Source: Eubacteriales bacterium (GTDB taxonomy: Bacteria > Bacillota > Clostridia > Oscillospirales > CAG-382). From it: DNA of 64,000 bases. The stretch covers positions 137,668 to 201,667 of the forward strand of contig JAZNPH010000050.1 in NCBI GenBank assembly GCA_045589515.1, read 5' to 3'. The first letter of the stretch is position 1. The number at the start of each line of letters is the position of its first letter. Made by a program: the position numbers and the translations under genes. Shown piece by piece: positions 62,951 through 64,000 of this stretch. The notes beneath the pieces are model-generated. The model made no database searches. It was not told the DNA's origin and saw nothing but the letters and a program-made list of their open reading frames with translations.

Positions 62951-63655
62951 TTATACCAATTCTTCCAAAAGCTGCAGTTCCTCTTCCGTCAGCTCCCGCA
63001 GCTTGCCCACGGGCAGGTCATCGGGCAGGGCGAGATTCCCCATGGAGACGCGGTGAAGACCCACCACGGTAGCCCCGCAGGAACCAAACATCCGCTTGAT
63101 CTGATGATACCGACCCTCTACCAAGGTGACGTAAGCGGTATTGCCCTCCAGAATTTTCATCTCCGCAGGCTTGGTGAGCCCCTCGGAAAGGGAGATCCCC
63201 TCCTTGAAGCGGTCTACCATCTCCTCCGTGGGAGGAACGTCTAAGGTGACAAGATATTTCTTCTTCACGTGCTTTTTGGGGGCGAGGATGCGGTGTGCCA
63301 TCTGTCCGTCGTCGGTGAGGATCATCATCCCCGTGGTGTCCTTGTCCAGCCGCCCGGCAGGGAACAGCCCGTCACGGTAAAGCTCCTCGGGCACCAGCTC
63401 CAGCACGTAGGCGCCATCGTGCCCCTCCGTGGAGGAGACGTAGCCTTTTGGCTTATTCAGCATGAGATAAAGGTGTTTTTTGATGGTCAGAGGGATCCCG
63501 TCGATGGCAATGACGGCCGCCGTTTCGTCGATCTTTACGTCCGCGCTTTTCACAGAGACACCGTCCACCGTGACCCTGCGGCGGGCCACCAGCTGCTTGA
63601 CTTCCTTGCGGGAATACTTCCCTTGGGAGGCGATGAGCTTATCCAACCGTTCCAT
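62951..63655 (-). CDS. Pseudouridine synthase, RsuA/RluB family (S4 domain + catalytic domain)
   Basis: MERLDKLIASQGKYSRKEVKQLVARRRVTVDG (S4), catalytic ...FPAGRLDKDTTGMMILTDDG... and ...EGRYHQIKRMF.... Confidence 0.85.
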   Translation of the reverse strand: MERLDKLIASQGKYSRKEVKQLVARRRVTVDGVSVKSADVKIDETAAVIAIDGIPLTIKKHLYLMLNKPKGYVSSTEGHDGAYVLELVPEELYRDGLFPAGRLDKDTTGMMILTDDGQMAHRILAPKKHVKKKYLVTLDVPPTEEMVDRFKEGISLSEGLTKPAEMKILEGNTAYVTLVEGRYHQIKRMFGSCGATVVGLHRVSMGNLALPDDLPVGKLRELTEEELQLLEELV

Positions 63656-63802
63656 ACGGTACCGTCCTTTCCTGTTTTCTTTGGGTAGTCTACCATAAAT
63701 TCCATCTTTTTTCAAGGTAAAATGAAAAAAACTCTTGCAATTTCACGGGGAATAAGGTATCATATACTTATACGAAAGACTTGAAAACAAAGGAGATCAA
63801 TC

Positions 63803-64000
63803 ATGCAGAAACCCATCACCGGAACCTGGTTTGAATTTTGGCATCATAACATCCCCGAGGGCAAGTATTGGAACCCCATCTGCCGTCACTTCTCTGCAGA
63901 GCAGTGGGAGGCAAAGGTAGACGAGCTTGCTTCCGTTGGCATGAAGTACATCGTGCTTATGGCAACCGCTCTGGGCTATGAGGAATATGCGGAAAGCTAT
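63803..64000 (+). CDS. DUF4434-like protein, N-terminal fragment, with the 3' end beyond the window
   Basis: ATG at 63803 after AAAGGAG. MQKPITGTWFEFWHHNIPEGKYWNPICRHFSAEQWEAKVDELASVGMKYIVLMAT... resembles the core of the 9211-11124 protein. The frame is open to the window end. Confidence 0.6.
   Translation, partial: MQKPITGTWFEFWHHNIPEGKYWNPICRHFSAEQWEAKVDELASVGMKYIVLMATALGYEEYAESY

Noticed and set aside
1-64000. A search for mobile elements, prophage genes, toxin-antitoxin pairs, restriction-modification systems or known defence systems.
   Set aside because: No transposase, integrase, phage structural, methyltransferase/endonuclease or recognisable defence-gene signatures were seen in any frame. 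The only WYL-linked cargo is the RtcB operon described above.

Overview
GC-rich Clostridia-type chromosomal segment, probably Oscillospiraceae/Ruminococcaceae-like. Supporting signatures are spo0A, the Prp-processed L27 operon, an (S/P)PxTG-like sortase signal, dockerin-like modules and many Ser/Glu-rich lipoproteins. I call about 63 protein-coding genes. They mix housekeeping functions (tkt, rqcH, rlmH, mtaD-ahcY, serC-serA, fba, prfA, obg, rplU-prp-rpmA, spo0A) with accessory blocks: XRE regulators, discoidin/DUF4434/DUF4855 glycan-related lipoproteins, two two-component systems, ECF sigma modules and two large peptidoglycan hydrolases. I found no rRNA or complete tRNA genes, no CRISPR array, and no transposase or integrase. 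Most long ORFs antisense to the called genes are shadow ORFs typical of high-GC DNA. The best candidate for an undescribed system is at 16.5-22.1 kb. It has two overlapping WYL-domain regulators, a strong terminator, and a ~420-bp ORF-free spacer dense in helices, including a perfect tRNA-like T-arm and UUCG/GAAA-capped hairpins. A tightly packed operon follows: unknown 198-aa protein, extended SPFH/slipin protein, RtcB RNA ligase. Other notable points: (1) Spo0A has a degenerate phospho-acceptor pocket, and tandem 0A boxes lie upstream of it. (2) fba carries an in-frame TAG. (3) A dispersed four-hairpin repeat family shows compensatory substitutions. (4) A 123-bp tandem repeat fills the serC-serA spacer. 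(5) In a prfA-radical SAM/SPASM-DUF2207 operon, the DUF2207 protein ends in a Cys-Ala repeat tail. (6) A membrane-tethered sigma factor has an SH3b ectodomain. (7) A 50-codon Gln/Asn/Lys-rich micro-ORF is missing from the ORF track. All functional names come from reading the translations, not from database searches.
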